NCBI GenBank assembly: GCA_902763555.1
Contig: CACWSI010000005.1
Span: 1-50,892 of the forward strand
Direction: 5' to 3'
Source of the DNA: an uncultured Erysipelotrichaceae bacterium
Lineage (GTDB): Bacteria > Bacillota_I > Bacilli_A > RFN20 > CAG-826
Length of the DNA: 50,892 bases
The notes under the pieces: model-generated
Databases searched by the model: none
Seen by the model: the letters and a program-made list of their open reading frames with translations, nothing else
What the model was told of the DNA's origin: nothing
Part shown: positions 8,448 to 18,891 of the stretch, one piece after another
Numbering within the stretch: the stretch's first letter is position 1
How the letters are laid out: each line of letters opens with the position of its first letter
Translations under genes and position numbers: made by a program

Positions 8448-10484
8448 ATGGGAAAAACGATTAGAATTATCAAGCTTATCTCTTTTATCATCATCGCCAT
8501 CGAAGTTCTCCTTGGTGGTGTCTTTTCCATTATCTATTTCAATAACTTCTTTAACTTCTACGATAAGGTAAAACCAGAATATATTGCCATTACAATGGCC
8601 ATCATTATTGCGGTTGACTGTTTATTTGTCTGGATCATTATTTTAGTGCTCTCCTCATTAAGACAAAAAACTGACTTAAAAGCGGCCACAATTATTGGCA
8701 GTGACGTTCAAGAAGCTTATAACTTTGCGATGATTGGTCTTGCTATTACTGATGATCAAAACGTTGTCTTATGGACCAATGACTTATTCAAATCTAGACA
8801 TATTGAAATCATGGATATGGATATCATTGAATGGCAACCAGAACTAGCGACATTAAGAGATATCGCTAATGGTGATCAAGTCGCTAAAATCGTTGTTAAC
8901 TCAAGAACATATCAAGTTAAGCTCCTTCAAGAAGCGGGCTTATGGATTTTTAAAGATATCACTGATTATGAATCTATTTATAACTATTCCAAAGACCAAG
9001 CACCTGTCGTTGGTATTTTAACTATTGATAACTATGATGACGTTGTCCGTGGTGATGATGACTTCAATGACGTTGTCACTAAAGTTAAAAACGACATCTT
9101 TGCCTGGGCAAAAGAATACGGTATTCTTCTAAGAAGAATTAAAGATGATAGTTATTCCATGTTATGTAACTATGAAGCATTCACTAAGATGCTTGAAGAT
9201 AAATTCTCTATTATTGATAAGGTACGTGGTGAATCTATCCGTGGTGAAATCCCATTAACTCTTTCTATGGGCTTTGCGCATGACTTCCCAGATGTTATTA
9301 AATTAAATGACCTCGCTAATGATGCTTTAGATATTGCTATGTCTCGTGGCGGTGACCAAGTCGTTGTTTCTGCTTATGGTCAAGAAATGAAATTCTATGG
9401 TGGTAAATCTGAAGCCCAAGAAAAACGTAATAGAGTTAAGACTCGTGTTTTAGCCGACTCTCTTATCTCTTTAATCAATGCTTCTGACCGTGTCCTTATC
9501 ATGGGCCATGCGATGATGGACATGGACGCTTTCGGTGCCTGTTTAGGTATGAAAGCCATCTGTAATCGTTTAAAGAAGAATTCCCGTATCGTTGTCGACT
9601 TAAAGAACACTGAATTCAAAACTAGATCAGCGATGACATCCTCATTTGGTAAAGATGAATTAGATAAATTAGTGGTCACTTCTAAAGAAGCTGAAGACTT
9701 AATCAATGGTAATACATTATTAATCGTCGTGGACGTCCACACTCCAAACATGGTTATGGCGCCTAAACTCATTGATAAAGCCGCGAAGATTGTCGTTATC
9801 GACCACCATAGACGTGCGGAAGAATATATTGATTCCCCAGTCTTTAACCATATCGACCCAGCGGCATCTTCCACTTGTGAATTAATCTCTGAATTCATTA
9901 GATTCTCATCTATCAACCCAAGAATTGAACTTCCAAGTACATATGCCACAATTATGCTCTCTGGTATCTTCTTAGATTCCTCATATTTCAAATCTAGAAA
10001 TACTGGTATTAGAACATTTGAAGCGGCGACTATTCTTAAAGAATATGGCGCTGATAACTCCTTAGCGGATGACTTCTTAAAAGATGACTATGAAGAGCAT
10101 AAGGAAGTTACAGATATTACCACTAACTTAGATACCCCATATTATGGTGTGGTTATCGCTACCGCTAATCCAGATCGTTTATACGACCATGCGACAATTG
10201 CGAAAGCGGCTAACCTCTGCTTAACATTTAAAGGCGTACACGCTGCCTTCGTTATGGGTAAAGTTAGCAACCGTGAAATGCGTGTCTCAGCGCGTAGTGA
10301 TGGCACAATCAATGTCTCATTACTTGCCGAACGACTCGGAGGTGGTGGTCACTTCACTTCCGCAGCCGTCACCTTTAACACAAGCGACCCAAGAGAAGTT
10401 AAGAACGCCATCTTAGCGGTCTTAGAATCATCATTAACCGAAGCCACAAACAAGGGCTTACCAAAGAACAGTGAGGAGGATTAA
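8448..10484 (+). CDS. gdpP: c-di-AMP phosphodiesterase GdpP
   Basis: 2 TM, degenerate GGDEF (SRGGDQ), MGH..MDMD, IDHHR and GGGGH motifs; directly precedes rplI-dnaB. Confidence 0.93.
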   Translation: MGKTIRIIKLISFIIIAIEVLLGGVFSIIYFNNFFNFYDKVKPEYIAITMAIIIAVDCLFVWIIILVLSSLRQKTDLKAATIIGSDVQEAYNFAMIGLAITDDQNVVLWTNDLFKSRHIEIMDMDIIEWQPELATLRDIANGDQVAKIVVNSRTYQVKLLQEAGLWIFKDITDYESIYNYSKDQAPVVGILTIDNYDDVVRGDDDFNDVVTKVKNDIFAWAKEYGILLRRIKDDSYSMLCNYEAFTKMLEDKFSIIDKVRGESIRGEIPLTLSMGFAHDFPDVIKLNDLANDALDIAMSRGGDQVVVSAYGQEMKFYGGKSEAQEKRNRVKTRVLADSLISLINASDRVLIMGHAMMDMDAFGACLGMKAICNRLKKNSRIVVDLKNTEFKTRSAMTSSFGKDELDKLVVTSKEAEDLINGNTLLIVVDVHTPNMVMAPKLIDKAAKIVVIDHHRRAEEYIDSPVFNHIDPAASSTCELISEFIRFSSINPRIELPSTYATIMLSGIFLDSSYFKSRNTGIRTFEAATILKEYGADNSLADDFLKDDYEEHKEVTDITTNLDTPYYGVVIATANPDRLYDHATIAKAANLCLTFKGVHAAFVMGKVSNREMRVSARSDGTINVSLLAERLGGGGHFTSAAVTFNTSDPREVKNAILAVLESSLTEATNKGLPKNSEED

Positions 10485-10488
10485 CGAT

Positions 10489-10941
10489 ATGAAAGTCATT
10501 TTATTAGCAGATGTCAAAAAACTCGGTAAAAAAGATCAAACAATCGAAGTCAGTGATGGCTATGCCGTCAATTTCCTCTTCCCTCGTAAACTTGCTGTCC
10601 AAGTCACTAAGAAAAGTGTCGAAGTTTTAGAAAATCAACAAGAAGAACGTAAAGAGAATGAAGCTAAAGCCAAAGCGGAAGCACAAGAACTCGCTAAACG
10701 TTTAGATGAAATCACCTTACCTTTCAAAGTCAAAACAGGTAGAGAAGGTAAACTCTTCGGTGCGATTTCTTTAAAACAAGTGACTGACGAACTTGAAAAA
10801 CAATACAAAATTACTATCGATAAAAGAAAATTCATTGATAAAGGACCACTTGATGTCCTTGGTTATTGGGACCTCAACGTGGAATTACATAAAGGCGTTA
10901 TCGCCAAAGTTCATGTGCATATAGAAGGGGAGGAAAAATGA
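10489..10941 (+). CDS. rplI: 50S ribosomal protein L9
   Basis: MKVILLADVKKLGKK...VSDGYAVNFLFP, GKLFGAI; SD GAGGAGG. Confidence 0.97.
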   Translation: MKVILLADVKKLGKKDQTIEVSDGYAVNFLFPRKLAVQVTKKSVEVLENQQEERKENEAKAKAEAQELAKRLDEITLPFKVKTGREGKLFGAISLKQVTDELEKQYKITIDKRKFIDKGPLDVLGYWDLNVELHKGVIAKVHVHIEGEEK

Positions 10942-10942
10942 T

Positions 10943-12445
10943 ATGGCCGTTAGTAAAAATAGTCGCGAACTCCCTTATAATGCGCAAGCGGAGCAAGCGG
11001 TCCTAGGTTCAGCCTTGTTGTCTAGAGAATGCCTATATACTGTCTTCAGCAGATTAAATGAAGAAGATTTCTTCGTAGGCAAACATCAACTCATCTACCG
11101 CGCAATTAAGAATTTATTTGATAAACAAACTCCAGTGGATGTTTTAACTGCCACTGAAGAGTTAATGAATATGAAAGAACTTGAAACCATCGGTGGTGTT
11201 GAATATCTTCAACAATGCGCTGATGCGATGGTCGCTCTTTCTAGTATTGATTACTATATCAATATCGTTAATGACCAAGCTGTCTTAAGAAGACTTATTC
11301 AAACATGTCGTGATATCGATGCTGCTTATTTAAGTGAAGAAATCACTGATGTTAACGAATTCATCGCTAATAGTGAAACAACATTAAAAGATGCTGTCGA
11401 AAAGAGAAGAGTCGCAGAATTCAAGAAAGCCAAAGATGTTGCTGAAGAAGTTAAGTTAAATATCGAAACACCACAAGAAGTGAAAACCGATGGTGTTAGT
11501 GGTCTTACCACTGGTTTTGATAGATTAAATAAAATCACTCAAGGTTTCCATCCAGGTGACATGATCATTGTTGCCGCTCGTCCTTCTGTTGGTAAAACCG
11601 CTTTAGCGCTTAATTTCGCCTATAGAGCGGCGAAACGTACAAATAAGCCTATTGCTATCTTCTCTTTGGAAATGCCTGCGGAAGCGCTTATTAAACGTCT
11701 TATCGGTGTGGAATCCGCTGTGTCATTAACCAAAATTACCACGGGTAACCTTGTGGGTGTTGATAGAGCAAAAGTGGCTAACGCCATTTATAAAATTGGT
11801 AGCTTACCAATCTATATTGATGATTCCCCAAACGGCAAATTAATGGATATCATCGCCAAGAGTAGAAAACTCCAAGCCAATGAACCTGAATTAGGTATGA
11901 TTATTGTTGACTATTTAGGTTTAGTGACTACTGGTAGTACCGCTAAAGGATCAGACTCCCGTCAAGAAGAAGTCCGTAAAACATCCTTAGCGCTCAAAGC
12001 TTTAGCGAGAGAACTTCAAGTCCCAATTATTGTCGTTTCACAGTTATCCCGTGACGTTGAAAAACGTGGTGAAAATAAACGTCCTATCCTTTCTGACTTA
12101 CGTGACTCTGGTTCTATTGAACAAGACGCTGACGTTGTCATGCTCCTTTACCGTGAAGACTACTATAAAAATAGCAAAGCGCCTAATAATAACGCCGGTA
12201 ATAAGAAGATGAGCAACTTAAGTGGTAGTGAACGTTTTGAAATGGTGAAAGAACAAAAAGAAAAGATTACTGGTGAACCAATGGGTGGTGACGTTTCTTA
12301 TGTTGAAGTTAACGTCGCTAAAAACAGAAACGGTCAAACTGGTAATGCCTATCTCTTCTTCTATAAGAGCTTCGGTAGCTTTGATGAACCAACCGAAGAA
12401 TGGCTCAAGCAAATGCGAGAGATAGCCGAAAACGCAGCGAACTAA
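10943..12445 (+). CDS. dnaB: Replicative DNA helicase
   Basis: AEQAVLG, AARPSVGKT, FSLEM, IVDYL, SQLSR, DLRDSGSIEQDAD, AKNRNG. Confidence 0.97.
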   Translation: MAVSKNSRELPYNAQAEQAVLGSALLSRECLYTVFSRLNEEDFFVGKHQLIYRAIKNLFDKQTPVDVLTATEELMNMKELETIGGVEYLQQCADAMVALSSIDYYINIVNDQAVLRRLIQTCRDIDAAYLSEEITDVNEFIANSETTLKDAVEKRRVAEFKKAKDVAEEVKLNIETPQEVKTDGVSGLTTGFDRLNKITQGFHPGDMIIVAARPSVGKTALALNFAYRAAKRTNKPIAIFSLEMPAEALIKRLIGVESAVSLTKITTGNLVGVDRAKVANAIYKIGSLPIYIDDSPNGKLMDIIAKSRKLQANEPELGMIIVDYLGLVTTGSTAKGSDSRQEEVRKTSLALKALARELQVPIIVVSQLSRDVEKRGENKRPILSDLRDSGSIEQDADVVMLLYREDYYKNSKAPNNNAGNKKMSNLSGSERFEMVKEQKEKITGEPMGGDVSYVEVNVAKNRNGQTGNAYLFFYKSFGSFDEPTEEWLKQMREIAENAAN

Positions 12446-13203
12446 TGTACTACCATATTATTGCTTCTGGTTCGAAAGGTAATGCGACCATTATTGTCTC
12501 TAATAAGACCGTATTATTAATTGATATGGGTATTTCTTTAACCCGTTTAACCGAAGGACTAGAAGAAATAAATTTAAGCGTAAAAGACATCACAGGTGCC
12601 TTATTTACTCATAATCACACTGATCATATCTCTGGCTTAAAATTCATTTCTCCAAAGATTATGTATGCATTAGAGGGAACACTTCCAACTTCTCTTTCTA
12701 ATGTCGTGGAATTAAATAAGCCATTTACAATCGGGGACTTTATTATTACCCCAATTAAGACTAGCCATGATGCGATTAATCCATGTGGCTTTTTCATTAA
12801 GGATAAAGAACAGTCTTTATTCTATATGACTGATACAGGAGTCTTTTTAGAAGATAACTTACCATTAGTGAAAAACCCAACATATCTCATCATTGAATCC
12901 AACCATGATATTAAGATGCTTTTGCACACTAATAGACCATTTGAATTAAAGAATAGAATTCTTTCAGAATATGGCCATCTATGTAACGAAGATAGTGCGA
13001 TCGCAGCGATATCCATTATCGGAGACAACACGAAAGAGATTACCTTAGCCCACTTATCAGAAGAGGCTAATACTCCAGAAACCGCCTTAGAGGCTTACGA
13101 TAAAATCTTTAATCACTTCCATATTAATAAGGATAAATATATTATCAGGTGCGCGAACCAGTGGACATCACTTTCGGGAGGAGACTTGCCTCATGAAGAT
13201 TAA
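12445..13203 (+). CDS. yycJ: MBL-fold metallo-hydrolase, YycJ/WalJ-like
   Basis: ASGSKGN, THNHTDH, SHDA, TDTG, ESNHD, GHL, AHLSEEAN. The start overlaps the dnaB stop (TAATG). Confidence 0.85.
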   Translation: MYYHIIASGSKGNATIIVSNKTVLLIDMGISLTRLTEGLEEINLSVKDITGALFTHNHTDHISGLKFISPKIMYALEGTLPTSLSNVVELNKPFTIGDFIITPIKTSHDAINPCGFFIKDKEQSLFYMTDTGVFLEDNLPLVKNPTYLIIESNHDIKMLLHTNRPFELKNRILSEYGHLCNEDSAIAAISIIGDNTKEITLAHLSEEANTPETALEAYDKIFNHFHINKDKYIIRCANQWTSLSGGDLPHED

Positions 13204-13672
13204 GATTTACGCGATTGGGCACTTAAAAGAAGCCTATTTAAAACAAGGCATTAATGAATATCTCAAAAGACTTGAACCATATACCCAAGTGGAAGTTATT
13301 GAAGTGGATGATGAACCCGTTAATAACAATCCAAGTCAAAAAGATATTGAAAATGTTAAAAATAAAGAAGGACAAAAGATTATTAAATTATTAAAAAATA
13401 ATGAATATCTTATAGGCCTAGATTTAGTAAAGAAACAATTAACAAGCGAAGAGTTCGCTAAATATATCGAAGATAAATTTGTTTTAGGAGGTTCTAATAT
13501 CTCCTTTGTCATCGGTGGCTCTTATGGCCTTAGTGAAGAATTAAAAAACCGCTGCAACGATCGATTATCATTATCAAATATGACATTCCTTCATCAGATG
13601 ACTAGATTAATTCTATTAGAACAAATCTATCGCGCATTTAAAATTAATAGAAATGAGGTATACCACAAATGA
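13193..13672 (+). CDS. rlmH: 23S rRNA pseudouridine-1915 N3-methyltransferase
   Basis: FVIGGSYG, LSLSNMTFLHQMTRLILLEQIYRAFKI...YHK. Confidence 0.96.
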   Translation: MKIKIYAIGHLKEAYLKQGINEYLKRLEPYTQVEVIEVDDEPVNNNPSQKDIENVKNKEGQKIIKLLKNNEYLIGLDLVKKQLTSEEFAKYIEDKFVLGGSNISFVIGGSYGLSEELKNRCNDRLSLSNMTFLHQMTRLILLEQIYRAFKINRNEVYHK

Positions 13673-14010
13673 AAGAGTATGAAGAATTTAAAAATCTAAG
13701 AAAAGAAAAGGATGAGAACAATCCATTCTGTGCTTTATACTTCCTTGAAAGTGGTGAATCCTTTTATTTAGAACCAGTATTCTATACCCAATTAATGGGC
13801 TTTAAAGATCACTATGCTGATAAATATCCACTCATTATCGATAAGATGCTTGAACTCGTTAAGAGAAATAAAAAAGTTGTCTTTACCGGTAACTTTGAGA
13901 ACCCATTAACTGAAGTCGACAACTATATTTATTTAGAAGTTACTGACGTGACAGATGCCTTACAGATTTACGCTGAAGATAAGTCACGCGGTAGCGACTA
14001 CGGGGATTAA
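13669..14010 (+). CDS. Hypothetical cytoplasmic protein coupled to rlmH
   Basis: ATGA overlap with rlmH and host-like codon usage; no family recognised. Confidence 0.7.
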   Translation: MKEYEEFKNLRKEKDENNPFCALYFLESGESFYLEPVFYTQLMGFKDHYADKYPLIIDKMLELVKRNKKVVFTGNFENPLTEVDNYIYLEVTDVTDALQIYAEDKSRGSDYGD

Positions 14011-15059
14011 GCTTGAGGTCTTAATTCCTTCATAGAGATCCACATCACTCTTAAACCTAAAGTTAAGATGAAGATAAGTGGAGCTTGGTTAGTTAAGAAG
14101 AAGCCTGCGATTAAGGTAATAATAGCAGGAGATAAGGCTAATCTAGCTTCAATCTTTTGTGTTAACCATGGTGTGAAGTAATTGTTTGGATTATTCTTAC
14201 CACGAGTTAAGATCCACATTAAGAAGCCCATCACGACACTTAAACCAAAGAAGATTGCTAAATAGATACCACTTGTACCCCAAACATTAACAACCTTACT
14301 TGATTCATAAGATTTATCTAAGACTTTCTTAAAGTTCTTTAAAACACCATTGGTGTAGTTATCATCCAAGATGTTTTGCGTAACAGCGTTACCATCTTTA
14401 TCGGTGACTGTTAATAATTCTTTTAAACCAGTAGTAGTGGCTTTCATGGTTTTGAAATCACCAGTGTAGGATGAAGTTAAAATCTTTGCGGTTTTATTAC
14501 CATAAAGCACCATATAGAAAGAATCTGGGAAGACGACCATGTAGCTAGGTGTATAGATACCTTCTTTTTCAGTGGAAGCTTCTTTTGTTTCAAGTTTATA
14601 TGTTTTAGCCGCGATAGCGGTGTTAACGATTTTCTTTTCCGCAGCAGTCATGACGTCACTGACATAAAGCATGAAGTCATATTGTTTTGTTGCAGTATTT
14701 TCATATGTAGCGAATGGTTGTGTTTGACCATAGGCTTTGTAATCGATAGTGGCGTTATTCTCTTTGATACTTAAGATGTGATCAACGCCTAAATCAAATT
14801 CCACATTGCGATTGTCTTTTAAATCAATGGCCATCGCCGTGATGGTTCTTTCTAAACCATAAGTGTATCTATTTAAAAAAGTGGAACCATTGACGTTAAT
14901 TTGAGCAATAAAAATAGGAAGGACAGGCAAGAATAAAGATAAGACAAAGAAAATAATTGTTAACCATAATGGTCCATTCTTTGCCCCTCTAATTGCCGCG
15001 GCGTTATTCACTAATACGCCGAACCCATCTCTTAATACTTCTTTAGTTCTTTCTTTCAT
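14007..15059 (-). CDS. Hypothetical membrane protein (1 N-terminal TM, large loop, 3 C-terminal TM)
   Basis: 350-aa ORF with SD GAGG; hydrophobicity pattern. Confidence 0.75.
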   Translation of the reverse strand: MKERTKEVLRDGFGVLVNNAAAIRGAKNGPLWLTIIFFVLSLFLPVLPIFIAQINVNGSTFLNRYTYGLERTITAMAIDLKDNRNVEFDLGVDHILSIKENNATIDYKAYGQTQPFATYENTATKQYDFMLYVSDVMTAAEKKIVNTAIAAKTYKLETKEASTEKEGIYTPSYMVVFPDSFYMVLYGNKTAKILTSSYTGDFKTMKATTTGLKELLTVTDKDGNAVTQNILDDNYTNGVLKNFKKVLDKSYESSKVVNVWGTSGIYLAIFFGLSVVMGFLMWILTRGKNNPNNYFTPWLTQKIEARLALSPAIITLIAGFFLTNQAPLIFILTLGLRVMWISMKELRPQA

Positions 15060-15263
15060 TTTGCTAACCTCGCAATTAATTTTTACCGATAAATATTATT
15101 ATTTATTTTTGGTCTACAATTAATCACATAATTAATTATACCTAAATAATATATAATATTATTTGACTATTTCCGCCACATAACAATATAACCATAGTCA
15201 GCGCAAGAAAGTCAATTTATTTATACTGTGTATATGTCAATATCATAACGTAGAGGTATACAT

Positions 15264-16586
15264 ATGAAAGAAATTTTCCCAAATATTCCTGAGATTAAGT
15301 TCGAAGGAAAAGACAGCAAAAATCCTTTTGCTTTCCATTACTACAACCCAGACCAAATCATCTTAGGTAAACCAATGAAAGAACACCTCCCATTCGCTAT
15401 GGCTTGGTGGCACAATCTTGGTGCAACAGGTGTTGATATGTTTGGCGCTGGCCCAGCTGATAAGAGTTTCGGTGCTAAAGTTGGCACAATGGAACACGCT
15501 AAGGCCAAAGTCGATGCCGGTTTCGAATTCATGAAGAAACTTGGTATCAGATATTTCTGCTTCCATGATGTTGACTTAGTTCCAGAATGCGCAGATATCA
15601 AAGATACAAACAAAGAATTAGATGAAATCAGTGACTACATCTTAGAAAAGATGAAAGGCACAGATATCAAGTGTTTATGGGGCACCGCCAATATGTTCAG
15701 TAATCCACGTTTCTGCAATGGTGCGGGTTCCACAAACAGTGCGGATGTCTTCGCTTTCGCCGCTGCTCAAGTTAAGAAAGCCTTAGATATCACCGTTAAA
15801 TTAGGTGGTAGAGGTTACGTCTTCTGGGGTGGTCGTGAAGGTTACGAAACATTACTCAATACAGATGTTAAATTCGAACAAGAAAACATTGCTCGTTTAA
15901 TGAAGATGGCTGTTGAATATGGCCGTTCCATCGGTTTCAAAGGCGATTTCTATATCGAACCAAAACCAAAAGAACCAATGAAACACCAATATGACTTCGA
16001 CGCCGCGACAGCTATTGGCTTCTTAAGAGCCCACGGCTTAGACAAAGACTTCAAGATGAACATTGAAGCTAACCACGCCACATTAGCTGGTCATACATTC
16101 CAACACGATTTAAGAATCTCCGCCATCAATGGTATGTTAGGTAGTATCGATGCTAACCAAGGCGATATGCTCTTAGGTTGGGATACAGACGAATTCCCAT
16201 TCGATGTCTACAGTGCCACACAATGTATGTACGAAGTCTTAAAGAATGGTGGTCTTACAGGTGGTTTCAACTTTGACTCCAAAACACGTCGTCCATCCTA
16301 CACAATGGAAGATATGTTCTTAGCCTATATCTTAGGTATGGATACATTCGCTTTAGGTTTAATCAAAGCTGCTCAAATCATCGAAGATGGCCGTATTGAT
16401 CAATTCATTGAAAAGAAATATTCTTCCTTCCGTGAAACAGAAATCGGTCAAAAGATCTTAAACAACAAGACAAGCTTAAAAGAATTATCCGATTACGCTT
16501 GCAAGATGGGTGCTCCAGAACTTCCTGGCAGTGGTCGTCAAGAAATGCTCGAAGCCATCGTTAACGATGTCTTATTCGGCAAGTAA
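15264..16586 (+). CDS. xylA: Class II xylose isomerase
   Basis: [48 protein letters not shown]; 440 aa with strongly biased codon usage. Confidence 0.97.
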   Translation: MKEIFPNIPEIKFEGKDSKNPFAFHYYNPDQIILGKPMKEHLPFAMAWWHNLGATGVDMFGAGPADKSFGAKVGTMEHAKAKVDAGFEFMKKLGIRYFCFHDVDLVPECADIKDTNKELDEISDYILEKMKGTDIKCLWGTANMFSNPRFCNGAGSTNSADVFAFAAAQVKKALDITVKLGGRGYVFWGGREGYETLLNTDVKFEQENIARLMKMAVEYGRSIGFKGDFYIEPKPKEPMKHQYDFDAATAIGFLRAHGLDKDFKMNIEANHATLAGHTFQHDLRISAINGMLGSIDANQGDMLLGWDTDEFPFDVYSATQCMYEVLKNGGLTGGFNFDSKTRRPSYTMEDMFLAYILGMDTFALGLIKAAQIIEDGRIDQFIEKKYSSFRETEIGQKILNNKTSLKELSDYACKMGAPELPGSGRQEMLEAIVNDVLFGK

Positions 16587-16607
16587 TTCTTAACAAAACT
16601 TAACAAC

Positions 16608-16637
16608 AAACCATCGGTGAAAATCGGTGGTTTTTTC
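16608..16637 (+). terminator. Intrinsic terminator after xylA
   Basis: AAACCATCGGT-GAAA-ATCGGTGGTTT followed by a T run. Confidence 0.8.
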
Positions 16638-16933
16638 TTGCCAAAACTTAAATAAAACTTGAAAAAATCAAGACTTTTAAAATCAATTGCCTATTTCTTA
16701 TTTATATAAATAAAGTTTTAGTCGCCTTAAAGTTAGTAGTTATGAAATAGCAAGATTGTCATACAGGTATGCACTCGTATCACTTACGATAAGATGTAAA
16801 GAAAGAACAATTTAGACCTATAGTTTGTTTTTAATTTCTTTGACGTTATATGGTTTTAAGGGCCCCTTTAGCGTTCATAATGAAAAACCCTTAAAGAAAG
16901 GAAACGCAACGAATCCGTTGCGAGAAAGATTTT

Positions 16934-18838
16934 ATGAAAAAATCAAAACTCTTAACATTATTTGGTGTTATGCTTGCGATGGGCATTACTGCTTGTGGTG
17001 GTACAACTAATCCTTCAGATAGTAAACAACCAAGCGCTAATCCATCATCACAACCACAACCATCACAATCATCCAGTGGTGATAAAACATCATCCACTCC
17101 ATCATCAACATCCAGCACACCAGCTCCACAAGTTCATATCCATGAATTAGATGGTGCTGAAAAGGTTGACATTTTAGAAGAAGAAGGCGCTGTCGCTGAA
17201 GACATGTACAAATGTAAAGATTGTGACAAATACGCAGTCGCTTGGAGTTCTTTAGATTACGATGTCACAAAGACAACCGAAAGATCTACAAAGAAACCAG
17301 AAAGTAGAGCAAGTGGTAAAGCTATTAGATTCGATTCTACAGCCAACTATCAAGACGGCGACACAACTAAGAAAGGCTGCCATATCGTCTATAACGTCTA
17401 TCTTCCAGAAGCAGTTGAAAACGCTAATCTCATGGTTAGAATGGCATCCAGAAATGACACAAACGACATCTTCGCTAGATATGAAGATGACCAAGCCAAA
17501 GGCTATGAATATGTTCCACAAGCCTCTGGTGATCCAAAATTAGAAAGACCAGCCACACGTTATGGTCTTAAACTTGATGGTAATGTTTATGTCTTCCCAG
17601 AAGACAATACAAATCAATCTTGGAAGAGTGATATCGGTTGGTATCAATTCCCAGGTACTCTTCCAGCATTAACCGCTGGTCTCCACGAAGTTGAACTTTA
17701 CAACTTAGGTGGTTTCAGAACTGATATGTACAACCTCGCTATCGTTGGTTTTGGTCCACACGAACACGTTGAAAACTTCAAACGAGTCGCTGCTAAAACA
17801 AACGATGACGGCAAAGGCGTTTACCTCGGTGAAGATAAATTCACTGGTAACAAAGCTATTGAAATCGCATTCAAAGACTTCCATGAAGCTCCAGTTTCTC
17901 CAGATGGTGAAAACCCATGGTATATGAAGAAAAACAGTTTCGCTACATGGACAATCAATGTTGATAAGGCTATTGAAGGTGCTAAATTGTATTTCTCCTT
18001 ACAATGTGCTTCTGATACACACATTGCAAGACACTTATTCAACGAAGCTAAATACAACGCTGCACATCCAGATGCTCCAGTTGATCTTCCAAGCCAAAGC
18101 CCAGACACAGTTGAAGAAGATGATTGGAGATATGCTGTCGCCGTCGGTGAAACAAATTATCCAATTTTAAACGACAAAACATTTGGTGAAAGTGGTGTTA
18201 AAGAAGCTAACAAACAATACTATGTTTACTTCGCAGACATCAACTTAGCCGCTGGTGCTAACATCCTCAAACTCACACAATGCAACATGGGTTACCGTAT
18301 GAGATTCAACCAAAACATCAGAATCGTCTACAAGGGTGATGCAGTCATTACTGGTGAAGATTATGTCCCACCACATGAACACTCTTGGACAGTCGGTGAT
18401 GCAGATGCTAATGGTGTCTCCCCACTTACATGTGCTGGTTGTGACAAAACAGGTATCCAATTCGATGGTTTCACAGGTGATAATGCTACTGCTATCGATG
18501 GTGATAATAAAGTCACAAAGAAATTCGAATTCAAATGGAGCCTCAATATGCCAAAAGCCGGCAAAGTCGCATTATATATGAGCTTTGCTTATAGCGCATA
18601 CAATGGCGGTCAAAAATTTGGTACAGGTTATGCCCTCAAAGTTGGTGAAACAGAAGGTACAGTCACTCTCGGTGACGTTGCATTCAACACACTTCTCCAA
18701 CAAGCTCCAACTTGCACATTTATTGAAATCGGTACCATTGATGTCCCAGCGGGCGCAATCGAATTCGATTATACCCATGGTAATCAAGGCACAAGATTAA
18801 TCTCTGACAAACTCGTTAGATTAATCTACGTTGACTAA
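16934..18838 (+). CDS. Lipoprotein with Ser/Pro/Gln linker and three CBM6/35-like beta-sandwich modules
   Basis: Lipobox GITAC; three self-similar modules, each preceded by an HxH motif, two with a following CxxC. Confidence 0.7.
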   Translation: MKKSKLLTLFGVMLAMGITACGGTTNPSDSKQPSANPSSQPQPSQSSSGDKTSSTPSSTSSTPAPQVHIHELDGAEKVDILEEEGAVAEDMYKCKDCDKYAVAWSSLDYDVTKTTERSTKKPESRASGKAIRFDSTANYQDGDTTKKGCHIVYNVYLPEAVENANLMVRMASRNDTNDIFARYEDDQAKGYEYVPQASGDPKLERPATRYGLKLDGNVYVFPEDNTNQSWKSDIGWYQFPGTLPALTAGLHEVELYNLGGFRTDMYNLAIVGFGPHEHVENFKRVAAKTNDDGKGVYLGEDKFTGNKAIEIAFKDFHEAPVSPDGENPWYMKKNSFATWTINVDKAIEGAKLYFSLQCASDTHIARHLFNEAKYNAAHPDAPVDLPSQSPDTVEEDDWRYAVAVGETNYPILNDKTFGESGVKEANKQYYVYFADINLAAGANILKLTQCNMGYRMRFNQNIRIVYKGDAVITGEDYVPPHEHSWTVGDADANGVSPLTCAGCDKTGIQFDGFTGDNATAIDGDNKVTKKFEFKWSLNMPKAGKVALYMSFAYSAYNGGQKFGTGYALKVGETEGTVTLGDVAFNTLLQQAPTCTFIEIGTIDVPAGAIEFDYTHGNQGTRLISDKLVRLIYVD

Positions 18839-18860
18839 TTCAATAAGAAAATATAACAAC

Positions 18861-18891
18861 AACCAGGCATTTCGGTGCCTGGTTTTGTTTT
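18861..18891 (+). terminator. Intrinsic terminator
   Basis: AACCAGGCA-TTTCGG-TGCCTGGTT with a T-rich tail. Confidence 0.82.

Noticed and set aside
13650-13672. rlmH (orfX) 3' end as an SCC-like integration site
   Set aside because: No recombinase, direct repeat or foreign cassette follows; the next gene is translationally coupled and host-like.
15164-15200. TGACTAT-N23-ATAGTCA inverted repeat before xylA and scattered TAGTCA words before other sugar genes
   Set aside because: Too short, overlaps likely -35 elements, and does not match a XylR operator I can support; chance cannot be excluded.
16590-16735. Repeated AAAACTT words downstream of xylA
   Set aside because: Low-complexity AT-rich sequence with irregular spacing.
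17030-17130. CCATCA/CAACCA-type short tandem repeats (similar ones at 6390-6480, 19070-19170, 45785-45810)
   Set aside because: They encode Ser/Pro/Gln linkers; imperfect, in frame, and neither CRISPR nor contingency repeats.
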